Shown: positions 43,127 to 55,769 of the stretch, piece by piece
How positions within the stretch are numbered: the first letter of the stretch is position 1
Layout: the number at the start of each line of letters is the position of its first letter
Source: Auanema rhodensis
Taxonomy: Eukaryota; Animalia; Nematoda
Direction: 5' to 3'
Length of the DNA stretch: 64,000 bases
Assembly (NCBI GenBank): GCA_964057225.1
Contig: OZ059897.1
Span: 8,060,001 to 8,124,000, forward strand
Program-made: the position numbers and the translations under genes
The notes under the pieces: model-generated
Database searches by the model: none
What the model saw: the letters and a program-made list of their open reading frames with translations, nothing else
Told to the model about the DNA's origin: nothing

Positions 43127-44291
43127 TTTGTTGGTTAAATTGAATGTAATTTCTTATCTTCCCATGAAGAAGCGTATTATTAAATTGTTGTTTTCATATT
43201 TGTTTGTTCTTGACATGAAAAACATTTGTTTTTTTTTTATTTTTTTGCTCATGAATCAGAATCCTATCGGAAAGTAAAGACTGAATATATGTTCATAAAT
43301 CAAACTTGAATATACATACTTGTATACGAAAAACGTTTTGTATAATCATGTAATTATAACCAAACGAAGGGTTTAACAAACATCAGACAACCTCATCTGA
43401 ATAAGATGCCCTTGCGTATTTCTTTATCGTCAATCTCCTCCTCGTCGAGACTTTTGAATAGAGAAAACCATTAAAAAGCCGAAAATGATGGTTGCTTATG
43501 TGAAATTCATAAAACTCTTCATGCACTCTCTTTGTTCCATCTTAGAGACAAGACACATATGTATAGCTTGACTATAGGCTTCTAATATCTATTTGAACGA
43601 TGTTTAACCTTGATGGTAGAAAAGTACGATGATGAAAATGACCAGATGATGAAAATTACATAAAAACGTCTACAAGCAAAGGGCTACAGGTCACATGAAA
43701 AAGGTTAGGATTACATCATTGATTCTCGTCTAAACTGTCAAACTAATCAAACTAGAAAGCATTGCGATTTCAACTTATATTGTAAAGAAAAACGAAGAGA
43801 AAACGATTGGAAAACTATGAAAATAAAATGAAAAACTTCTGTCCTTGATATTGATGATCGTCAATTCGTCCAATAGGTTTACCAATTCAGTGTAGCCTAT
43901 TACTCTATTCCTGTACATGTGATATGCTCCTGGTCAATGGGTTCGTCGTGTTTTCTTTCGCATATTTTCCCATTTTGTCTATAATTTCCTTTTACATTCT
44001 TGAATGTAAAAGGACCATTCATTCAATAGACACCGTGTTCATCATCTCTTCGATCAATCGCATACTACCTCCCGGATGCTTGGTTTACTAGCTATACCCT
44101 ACTGTCTCTTGACATCTTTTACACATAATTACCTGTTGTCTTGCTATAGTTACACATGGTCAAATATATTTTTCATTCATGTATGTACCAATCAAAGCTT
44201 CTACTTTCCTTATTTTTCTCAGAAAATTACTTGTAATCTCTGCTGAGCTGTCAATCTACAACAGATTCAATCAAAAGTTTTACAGATAACT

Positions 44292-46066
44292 ATGATAACG
44301 AATAATGTCTTATTATTTGCTCTGATTTCCTTTGTTACCATCTCTGTTTCACATTGTGTTGATCAGGGCTATTCGGCCAGAAAATCTTTTCATGGTAAGT
44401 CTAAGTTTAGACACATTCTTTCTGGCATTCTGTTTCTATATTATCATCATCATCATCGTCATCGTCATTTATTTGACGAATAGATGATTATTTATAATTT
44501 TTCATAACATCTTGCTGATGGTGATAGCGGAACCGGTTAAATATTTTATTTTTTTAAATATTATTATTTTAATAATCTAATTTATTTGTTAATTTAGATC
44601 GATTATGTGCCAAACGACCAACTTTAAAGTCATGTCTAAAGCCGTTCACTGAAAGTGATTATCAAAAAGAACAAGAAGACTTTGCACGTTTTAAAGAATC
44701 TCTTCAGAATAAAAACCTGAAGGTAACAAACGATATTCATTAATAGTTCAGAAACTATTCGTTTTATTACACAGAATGATCATAAACGTGCTACATGGTC
44801 ATCTGAAGCGGACGAAGATTATGAATACTACATGTGGCGCAAATATCAGCGTGAGAAAAATAAAAGACGTTATGGGGATTCGAGGTTTATTTGATTTTTT
44901 TCTTTTCATTCCTATACGAATTATAATTTTCAAAATTTTGATTTTGATTATCAAAGAAGAGATGTTTTCATGCACACAATTGCTTTTTCACCAGCAATGT
45001 GGTATGCTACGAGTAACAACCACTTCTTGTAGCCTCGTTAGCTCAGCTGGTAGAGCGTTAGACTTTTAATCTAACGGTCAGGGGTTCGAGCCCCCTACGG
45101 GGCTAATTTTTGCTTTTTAAAACTCTTAAAACAATTGAAAATGCCTTTTTTTCTCGTTTAAATTTAAAGAAAAATATTAATTTGAAATGTTATAGCCCAT
45201 CATCTGAGGAAGTTGTGAAACACGTGCATTATCATCAAAGTGCTCCCACTTATCCACAATATAACACCTATTATCGGTAAACATTTCAAATTTAAAAAAC
45301 TTTCTTTTACAAAAAAAAAACAAAAACTTGTTTTTCCACTAATTTAGATATCCAACTTATTATCATAGACCATATTATTCGTAAGTTTAATTGAATGGGT
45401 AATGGTGTCAGATTCTAATCTATTTTCATGTTTCATTAAATTTATTTCAATCACTTTGAAAAGCATGAACTCGTTTGGTGGAGGGATTGTGTTAACTAAT
45501 TGAATAATCTAAAATATTCTTTGACATTTCAAATCTATTTTACAGTTATCCATCATATTCCTATCCAAGCTATGGCTATAGTGGTTATCCAAGTTACGGA
45601 GGTGGCTACGGAGGTGGCTACGGAGGTGGCTATGGAGGTGGCAGTGGACTTTTCAATATGGGTATGTATGAGGACGACATAAGCTAATACTAAAGAAGGA
45701 GAAATATAAAATAGAAATATAAGATCAATAGCAATTTGGGTCTTTATTTGATCTGAAATGAGCGAGTTTCATGACCTTGTTGCACCTTTTTTTGTACAAT
45801 TATGATTTTCTATAACCAATAGATCTATAGAATTGGATAGAAAACTATACGTGAGTGAGGATGAGGTGTTTCTCTTTAAAATTCTTGAACTTTGAGTCGA
45901 GAAAAGATGAATTGAAACACTGTTTTTCGTATAACAAACATTGTCATCATCATCATCATCATCAAGTACATATCATACTTCAGGATTCGGACGTCAGTTG
46001 GGTATTATGACACCGATTGGAGGCTTCGGATTTTCACATGGATTCGGTATTGGCATCGGCAAGTAA
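44292..46066 (+). CDS. Secreted Tyr/Gly-rich protein (7 exons) ending GFGIGIGK
   Basis: Signal MITNNVLLFALISFVTISVSHC and a Cys pair LCAKRPTLKSC. Dibasic sites, then YPSYSYPSYGYSGYPSYGGGYGGGYGGGYGGGSG, then last exon FGRQLGIMTPIGGFGFSHGFGIGIGK*. All junctions are GT-AG and in frame. Confidence 0.8.
45032..45104 (+). tRNA. tRNA-Lys (anticodon TTT), intronless, inside an intron of the Tyr/Gly-rich gene
   Basis: Acceptor stem GCCTCGT/ACGGGGC, D arm GCTC..GAGC, anticodon arm TTAGA-CTTTTAA-TCTAA, T arm AGGGG-TTCGAGC-CCCCT. An oligo-T Pol III terminator follows. Confidence 0.95.
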
Positions 46067-47430
46067 TTGCATGTCTGAAGAAGAGAGTGATCTCGATGTA
46101 TACTTCCATACATGTACATGCATATGCTCTATGAGCACCTGTATATCTTCTCTCATTATGCATCTGTGAATTTTGGATTTTGACAAGCTAATATCTTCTG
46201 CCCTGGAATCTCATGTTTGACTATAAAACTATATTTTGTAATTCTGAATTGTATCAATTATGAATATTTGTCTATCTTCTTGCCAAGATGTAGAAATCAA
46301 ATTAATTAATTACATATAATCTTCTGTATTTTTGATTAAAAAATTTTCTATTTAAAGTAATTATAAGAACCAAAGTAACTACTTTTCCAGAAAATTCCAG
46401 AAAAATAACTTTAATGAATCAACACCGAAAAAAAAAGAATTTTCACGTGACATCTGGTGACACATCAAGGAAGTAACAAACACATCGTATAAGGAAAAAA
46501 AAACATTTTCTTGCATTGTTGTTTCTTCTATGCTTCAATCTGAGTCACATTTCAATGTAAATGAATAAACAAATCAATAAAACAAGTATCTTCCCCCCCC
46601 TCCCTATCTATCTATCTCATAAGATATCATTTATCTAATGTACAAGTGAATCAAATGAATTGAAGTCTTCATTCAATTTCAAAATCACATTTTCAAACTA
46701 TTTCAAACTATATGATGTTCTTAATTGAGAATACTTTTTGCTTAGTTCTTCAAACATTTCTTTTAATTTTAAAATTCGAACTTATCTATCATGTGTGATT
46801 TACAGACAACTGACACCTATTTATTTTATTTCGTTCGAAACTCCTTTCTTTTCAAATTTTGATATTACAATACCATTGAACAACATTTTTTCTTCTTCCG
46901 GGTCTTTTGCAATTAATATTATTATAAATATATGCATATATACATATATATTTAACATAATAATCAAAAAATTTATTAATTTTTTATTTTTTTCTTCAAT
47001 TTTTTCAGTGAAAGTTAGTTGTCTTCTGATGTTAAATACTAATTATTCTCTATGTATTCATCATTCTTTTGTAATGGAGAATCAGTAAGGTTTGTAGGCT
47101 GAATTTAATTTCTTCTATAAAGATTTAACTTCGAATAAACTAAAATTATTTTAAAATTGAAAATGCTTAAGCTCCAAGTTTTAATGTTGATGCTCTGAGC
47201 TTTCAGTTTGTATTCAATTCATTGTCACATAGTTAATTTATTCATTTTTAGTTAAATATATAATAAATATTCAAATAAGATTTAATAAGTTAATCATCAT
47301 TCAAACAATTATTTCATATAAGACATATGCTTTTTTCTCATTTTTTTTCTTATAAAATAATAAATAAAAACAGAAAATAACATTATTTTTGAAATACTCT
47401 GTCAATTAAAAAAAAGTTTTTTCCAGCAGC

Positions 47431-47803
47431 ATGCAACGAGGCGAACAAATAACATTAGCCTTTGGTGTATTCACAGTTGTAATGACAATTTCCATCATTT
47501 TTTATTATAAAGTGTGTAAGAAAAGTAAGTTTCTTCTTCCTTCCACCTTCTCTATCCCCCCCCCTCACCATCACTACCACATCTTCTGAAATCTTTCGAA
47601 TATCAACAACAACTTGTTCGAGTTTATCATTCACATCAAATTGTGTTTGATTACAATTAACTATCGTGTTGATATTCAATTCTCATGTATCAATTTCTTT
47701 TTTTAAGTTTTTTCCTCATTACTTTACAGATCCATACGCTAACTCATCATCTCTACTTGTAACACATGTACCAAAGAAGACAGCACCACGTCGAATGTTT
47801 TAA
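47431..47803 (+). CDS. Two-exon 55-aa single-pass microprotein
   Basis: TTTTCCAG just upstream of the ATG. Exon 1 47431-47524 (donor GTAAGT), exon 2 47730-47803 (acceptor TTTACAG). Product MQRGEQITLAFGVFTVVMTISIIFYYKVCKKNPYANSSSLLVTHVPKKTAPRRMF*. Confidence 0.65.
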
Positions 47804-49678
47804 ACTATGCTAACTATATTAATAATTACGATCTCATTATAATATATTGTATATATATTATCATTCCAATATATTTTGTATAATAATTATATTTAATTAT
47901 AAAAATAATAAAAGTTGTTGTACATTCTCTTCTTTTTGTATCCTCATTGATGTTGCTCAGACCATATGTATGTACATACATATGTCTCTCTCATACTATC
48001 ATAATAGCATTTTTTCAATTTAAAAAGATTAACAGATAAAGCTTACTTCCGATATCTCAATGATTTTAAAGTGAGAAAACCGGACAATTTAAGATTTGAA
48101 TGATAAAATACAAAAAATTTGATGGTTGTAAAAGTTTCAAAATGAAATTTCATTCAAAAAAAAAGAAATAATTAGAATTTACGATGCTTCATCTATAGCT
48201 TCAAATCAATATGTATCAAGTATTTTCAAGTAAACTCTCGTTTTTCTAGATGATATTTATTTTAAATGATAAGATTCTAAATTAAAATCGTTAAAAAAAG
48301 AAGAAGTTTTGCACCCCGTTTTGACAATGATAAGCAGCGACAAGCAGATTCCGGCGAGGGAAAACCGACATGACCAAGGAACTCGAAAACTGGCTCTGAC
48401 CATATACTGGGACAACAAGCCAGATGATTATCTACATCCAACAGTCAAACCGTCTTTGAAACAATAAGCCTTTTTTTCTCTGTATGAGATTTATCCCAAT
48501 CACGTACGTGCCTGGACTTCGAACTAGCAAGCATGTCCTTTATAGGTTTCTTGTTCAGATTGGCTTCATCTTCTCAGAACAAATGTTTAAAAAATTCATG
48601 CTTTAGGGACAGCTAGTCGTATCAGATCTGGTTATTAAACTATATTTTTAAAATATTTATTTGAATTTAATCCTACAATTATGCGAAATTTCCGTTTCAT
48701 TGCCATACCTAGTAACATACTTTCATGGAATTATGCGGCCTTTTTCCTTTCCTCCTTTCATTTTCAGATTATGATCAGAAAGACAGATTTTACATTCAAC
48801 TATCTAACCATACACGTCCACGTATGAAAAGCATTTCATCTCATGTATACACTTGTTTCCTTATGAAGTTATCACTTTACTTCATTAGATTCATCTTTTA
48901 CCCTACTATCTACCCCCCCCCCACTCTTTGATCAGCAGCATCATCATGTTCAGAAACTTGTAATCATGATCATTTCTATGTAGAAACTCATGAACTTTTT
49001 TTCATTCCATGCGAGGAAAATGAATTTTATCTTTAAATCTTCGAGAATCAACTTTCATTAGTTACGGATTTTCACTATTTCGTCTTTCCATTCCAATTGC
49101 TTTATATGAAAAAAACGTTTCTAAGATAAGCTAGCATTTCGTTCCATTCTTTTCTCGAAGAACCTAAGCTGCTTGAAGTTTCTAAACAAGTTGATCCCAT
49201 CGTAATATGTCTTTTGTTCTTTAACTGCATATGATGATGATGATGAAGCTCAGCTAGAAACTAGCTTATTCTTTATTTGGTATTTCATCGTTTATCTTTC
49301 TCTTTTGTGTCATATTGTTCCTCAAATTATCCATTCAATTCTCGTTTCATTCAACATTTTAAAAAAATGTTTTGGACTTCATCCCCAATCACTTCAACCT
49401 ACCTCATATGTGTATCCTCTTTTTAGTATAATTGTATTACTATAACACATAGGTTTATTCCCATTTCGAATAGTCTTCAAACTTTTTTTTTTGAAAAAAA
49501 AAAGTTTTATGCAAACTATGCTGACCGATATTTCTGTTATTGTAATTTCAAATACTCATTCACTTTCCTTCAAACCATTGCCCATTTTCTATTTCCTTCT
49601 ATTATTTCTTTTTCAAGCTATTCAATTAGATTTGAAAAAAATTTGTGAAATTTAAGAGTATCTATTTCAAAGAGAAAA

Positions 49679-49684
<6 letters not shown>

Positions 49685-49729
<45 letters not shown>

Positions 49730-49740
49730 GAGAGAGAGGA
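49685..49740. repeat. (GA)n microsatellite
   Basis: Directly visible. Confidence 0.95.
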
Positions 49741-50416
49741 TATAATGATGATGATGATCGACCTTTTCGGGTTAGTCAGTTTGTCAGTCTGTGGAGATTG
49801 TTTCTTGTTGTCTGTCTTCATCTTGTAGTTGTTATCGTCTTCTCAACCCAATATTGGTTAGGAATGCATATCAGATTAGATACAACATGTCCGTTTACAG
49901 CATGCCTGTTCCAATACATCGATAACTAATCGACTTTTTTTCTCTTTTTTTCCTTTCATATCATGGCTAGAAGGATCATCTCCAAATTATATCGTTTAGG
50001 TTTAACATTAGATAGTTTCATACCCCCCCCCCCCCTTAGCCCAATATCAGCCACCCCTCTTCTACAGTCTTTTTCCCAATTTCGATCAGATTAATCCCGA
50101 GTGTGCCAGCTTTCACTCTCTTCAACTTTCCATCTCTTTTTTCACTGTGCGACTTCTCTCTTTCTTTCTTTCTCTCTTACTTTCAATTCCATTTTCTCTC
50201 TCTTTTTCTCTCTCTTGTTTATCCTATCTATCTCATTTTCTCCTCTTTTCTCTCCTCTTTTCTTATCAAAATTACTGTTTTTTCTTATTTTTTATTATAC
50301 ATATAATTGACCTTTTAGTTTTTGTTATCTTTTCTCATCAATAACTTGTAAACTATTTTATATATTTTACATATTAAAACTATAATATTTATAGTTGAAG
50401 ATATATCGGAAATGTC

Positions 50417-53007
50417 ATGAAACTGTTGTTATTTTTGATTCCGTGGCTTACATCTGCCATTCCAAGAAGAGGCAATGAACCTTGGTAAAGCATTTTTTCA
50501 TCATCAACTTCTTTTATCTTAGAAAACTTTTGAAATTCAACTGTTATGACTAGCTTCTCAACTTTTCCAACATTTAGGTCTGTAGTCTTGTGCAAGTTAC
50601 GAGATTCTGATTTTGAACCACGAACAGCTGAATGGTTTCGTGAATGGATGACAAAAGGAAATAATCCAGGTTTCAAAAAACTTTTCCTTTTCCAACCTTT
50701 CTCATACGAACTTTTCTAGATACTATCGAAAGTTATTTTTCATCCGTATCTAATGCTATATACACAATACGAGGATCTAATGTAACTGAATGGTTACATC
50801 TACCATGGACACGAAAAGAAATTCTTCGTATGGCACTACGAGATCCACGACTTCAAACAGAGCGTGAACGTCCATTTGCGGTATGTTTTGACTTTGGCAT
50901 TGAAGATGATACCTCTGTTACTATATGTTATAGTTATATGATAAAGCAAAGCAATTATGCATTTCATTTGCTGAACAGAATGGATATCTGATTCATAAAC
51001 AACGTATTACTGTTATAAATACGGAACAAACAGCTGTATATGGAAAGGACACTGGTAGCTATGCTTCTGAAGAAACGATATTCACTTCTCTTGTTGCAGG
51101 TGTTCTTCTTACACCTAAGCTAATATTCTCATCAGTGTTAGCACATGAAATGATTCACAGCATGAACATAGGTCATTCATATAGTGATCGTCAGAAGAAA
51201 GTATAGAAATTATAGTTTTCTTATCATTTTCCATATAATTTCATCAATATCATTATAGATATTTCCATATTCAGCATTGGGCGAATATGATGATCATTAT
51301 GATCTCATGTCCACAGCTAATGCTTTCATGAGACCTTCAACTTATGGCTTAAGTGGGCCAGGCTTAAACGGTCCACATCTTGATTATCTTGGATGGTTGC
51401 CAATGAATCGAATTTCCTACTTTGGCAGGTTTGCTTCATCTAATTAATTTTCATCAATTTCAACGCAAACATCTTCAGAGATGGTCGAACTAACTATACA
51501 TTACGGTTATCCTCATTATCAGTACCTCATCGTCATACAAATGGTTGGCTATTAGTTCAAATACCGTATGATCGAGATGATGCTCGAAACGTGTATACGA
51601 TTGAATATCGTACACCTGTAGGCAATGATGCTGGAATTAAGCAGGTTTTATAATTCTATAAATCAATATAATTACTTTAACTATATCCATATAATTTAAG
51701 GGAGCTATTGTCATTCATCGCGTACATCGAGTTGGCTTATCATATTATTCGACGCTTGTAACGCATGCTTTGAACGAATATGATGAATTAACCGAAGACA
51801 CCGAATGGATCAAATTCATTTCAACTAGTCTTGATGGAACTTTTGAATATATACGAGTAAAAGTATGTTGTTTTCTTATAAAAACAATGATATAGCATAT
51901 TGGATATTTGATAAACAAACAAACAACAAACATAGATACATAAGTATGTAAGTCAATCATTCATCTTTTTAGGTAGAACGAATTAATCATAAGAAGCATA
52001 GTGCTGATGTTAGAATCGTAACAACATTCAAGCCGGTAATAGATATTTATAATCAATATATAATCAATATATATATATATTTCAAGGAGAATTGTCAAGA
52101 AAATGATGTACAAATATATCTTGATGATCATGAGCATTTGAATACAAAAGGAGTACCATTTGTCTGTATTGAATATAATAGAACAGTAACTCAAGACGAT
52201 ATTGATATTCAACATAAACGTGATATCTTCTTCTTATCAAGGTTTTAACTTTAAAAATACAAAAACAAGCTTTTTCTTTTTAATTCAACAACTTTATTTT
52301 AAGAAAGACATTTGGTCAAAATGAATGTATAGATGGACGAGAGTGGAGAGCTATTGATGCTTATGATTATGTTTGTGTTCCACCATCAAGGTAATTCTTT
52401 AAAGAAAAAAGATTATCGATTTTTGTATTTAATTCCTAATTAGCATATGTGGTACAATTTAAATATTCAATATATTGACGTGAACTCACGTGAACATTAA
52501 TGTTATTTAAAAAAAATGAAATTGGTTGCATTGCTTGAAATATTAAGATATTATTATATTTATAATTAATAATATAATTATATATAATAATATATATTAT
52601 AGAGCTGTTGAAGTACAAAGCAATGTGATAGAAGTCAACGATGATGATGGAGATTGTGATGGAAGAGGCGTTCACCGGTTAGCATTCCAGGTATATATTC
52701 ACACATACACACATATATATGATATATATATATTCAATATAATTCCTTTATCGTTTTTTTGATTCCAATTGTCATTTCATTTTTTCATTTTTTTCTTCTT
52801 CTTCTTTACTGAAAATGAAAACGATTACTCGCTTTTGTAAAGAAGATCATACGTATACAAATTCTTATACAAGTGAATGGATTGCAGGGTGATTTCGAAT
52901 GTGTCAGCAAAGAAGAGCATGCTCAAATACACAGAGAAAATGTTGAATCACATGCATTTTATAATAATTATGCTTTTTTCAATGGAGCTGATCCAATTGG
53001 TCCTTAA
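50417..53007 (+). CDS. Secreted metzincin-type metalloprotease (M6/M11-like) with C-terminal Cys-pair repeats
   Basis: Signal MKLLLFLIPWLTSA, then WSVVLCKLRDS. Zinc motif LAHEMIHSMNIGHS (51144-51176), then GEYDDHYDLMS (Met-turn) and GPGLNGPHLDYLGWLP. Repeat GQNECIDGREWRAIDAYDYVCV. Stop TAA at 53005-53007. Confidence 0.85.
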
Positions 53008-53730
53008 TTATATGATTATTTCTATTTATTTATTCAAAACATCATCATATAGTACTTATACTAACTATATACTATATATATATACATATATAGATATATA
53101 GATACATCATGCATGAACACATCATTTCTTGTTTGTGTTTATGTGTTTTGAAAGTAAAAACAATAATTTATGTATATAGATAATAATAATAACTTTTTAT
53201 ATTTTCATTTTCATTTTCATTTTTTCTTAGCCTAAATGTCTGTACCTATATGTGTGCTACCTCGTCTTTCTTTACCTCTTCATGAATTAGATTATTATTA
53301 TTATTTTTTATTTAAAAATATTTTTGTATAATTAAGAAGTTCACTCATGACATAGTCTATCTGTGCAACATGTTTGTTTTGATATTCAGTACTGTCTGTT
53401 TTCTTTTCATTTTCAATTTCAATTTATTCATTTTCATCTTAAGAGCTTTACTTTATTATTTCTTTTCTTGTTCTATTTTTTTTTATTTATAAAAGTAGAA
53501 ATTGTTTTTAAAAAAAGAAAAAAAAAGACTTTAATTTAATACGAGTAAATAAAGATAAATCAATATAAAGCTTGAACATTGCTAATTCATATGAGCTTAA
53601 ATATTCTTAGAAACTTACTTAAAATTTGAAAATAGACATAACATGATTATATTCTAATTCTAAGCATATAACTTCCATTAAATTATAATAAAATAAAAAC
53701 ATAAATAAACTTATTATATCTCTATTGAAC

Positions 53731-55208
53731 TTAGAAGTAACAACAGAATAAGCATGCCAATAAAGCTAGAATTGAAGTAAATAAGGTGAATCCGGTAGCA
53801 CTGCTGACAACACCATCAGCGGGACATCCATCAATGGCTGTGACACTGAAATGAATTAACAAATGAAATATATGAATCTGTATTTGGAATGTCTTACTTG
53901 ACGCCATAGAGGTAACCCTGATAACATGGAATAAGCATTTTACCTAGAAATGTGTGGGAATTATATGGTCGTGAATGAAGAAAACTTCTGAATTACCTGG
54001 AGTGCTGACGGGAATTCTCTGTTTAACTTGACATGTGCCAATGTATTTCTCAGGATCATCGATACATGTCTGAAAAATCAATTAAGTTGATATAAATGAA
54101 ACATCTTTCATACTCCATCTCCATCACATCCACAGAAGATATGAGCTGATCCATCTAGGATTGTAATGAAACAGCATGGTAATTGTTCTCGTGGAGGAAG
54201 AACATTGCATGGTGTTTGACATGGTTGGTTTGCGGCACATGGAGCTGAAGCAGCAAGTGATGAGCATGGGCTGGAGCAGGGTGCAGCATTTAGAGCATTT
54301 GGAGCATTTGGAGCATTTGGAGCGCTGGAGCATGGAGTCTGTACGAATAGTATTAACGATACGTTTGGAATTAAGAAATATACTGGTGAAAGTTGTGGTC
54401 CTTGATTTCCAGCAGATGAGAGGCTTGGAGCATTCTGAATAGCTGGACGAGGTTGAGTTGATGGAGGACCTTGTGGAATATTTCCAAGAGCTTGATCATT
54501 AGAAGGAGGTGGATTCATAGGATTAATAGGAACACTGGGTGGACTAAAGATAAAAGTTTAATAATTGTAAAAAATAAATTGAGAGAAAATATGTTGCTTT
54601 GATAAAATCTAACCAGGTTTCAATTGTGCTGAAAAAAAAAGAAATGTTAGTTCGAGAATGACAGTAAATTTATTTTACCATGGAGATGAGGTTGGAAACT
54701 GTTGAATCTCTTCCAAATTTGAAGACGGCGAAATGAGAGCGGTACTAGTTGAGATCTCCAAAGCTACATCTGTGCTTGGAGATGGAGGAACAGTTGGAAA
54801 TTGATTTGCTGCTATAATCTGAAAACAAGAAAGTTCAAAGATATGCAAATTTTAGCTATATATACCATTGTTTGACATCTGTTGCTACATCCCAATGCAC
54901 AGCAGGCTGTAAAGATCAGAGTTGTGAAGAAAAAATTGAAAATTATATAAAGGATATGAAAAAGAAAACCAACGATTTTGTGGAGTTTGCATTGAGCTAC
55001 AACATAGACAATAGCCACACTGTAATAATTTGAAATGAAATTGAGTTTTCATTGATGTTACAACTAAACTTACATTAGTTTGAATGGCATTTGCTGGTCG
55101 AAGTCCAGCAGCATGAGTAGCTGGAAGCAAATTTAGAAATTAAAAAAGAATATATTGAGGAGACATACCTGTTACAAACAAAGCTAATACTATAAACTTA
55201 TGAAACAT
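53731..55208 (-). CDS. Secreted, probably GPI-anchored Cys- and Pro-rich surface protein
   Basis: Signal MFHKFIVLALFVT. Cys cluster CGYCLCCSS...CCALGCSNRC, a Pro/Ser linker with NAPNAPNALNAAP, and a second Cys cluster. Hydrophobic tail SSATGFTLFTSILALLACLFCCYF*. Confidence 0.75.
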
Positions 55209-55769
55209 TGAAATATTTTTAGGAAAGAGGGGTAAAGATAAGATGAGAACAGACAAAAACTTCGTTTTGGACTCTTCTATTAAGAATGACTTTGCTTAGA
55301 CTCACAACAACTCTTATATGGAGCAGCACAGAGGGTGTAGATGATTCAGTGATAGTAAGGAAGATGGAATTCCCTCTAGGTGGGAGCGTATGAACAGAAC
55401 AATAGGACGACGTTGCTGTGATTCAGAAGACACTTCAGATATGACGATGAACCGTTTGTCTGTATACTCTGCTTCAGAAACTGTACAAGTTATGAAATTG
55501 CTAGAACATAGAAGGAAAAAGAGTGTGAAAGAGAGAGAGAGAGAGAGAGTGAGTGAGACAGAATCGCTTTTTTCCATTATTGAAACTATCAGTACATCTA
55601 ACTTGAACATCGTTTTCAACTCATATACTTAGGTTAGCATAGTGAAATGAGGTTAACATGTCTAGGTTATAACTTGAAGAAACAGAATAAAACGAATAGT
55701 TTATTAGGTAATTATGCAAATAATTATTAGAAATATTAAACTAGATATACACATATTCAAGTTTTGGTG

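Noticed and set aside
49618-50344. ORFs with ERERER or LSLSLS runs (also 55314-55632, 60990-61175, 63029-63292)
   Set aside because: Translations of GA/CT microsatellites and pyrimidine tracts.
54124-54442. Cys-rich (SKCSKC) and LEHLEH ORFs
   Set aside because: Alternative-frame and antisense readings of the 9-bp repeat in the GPI-type gene.
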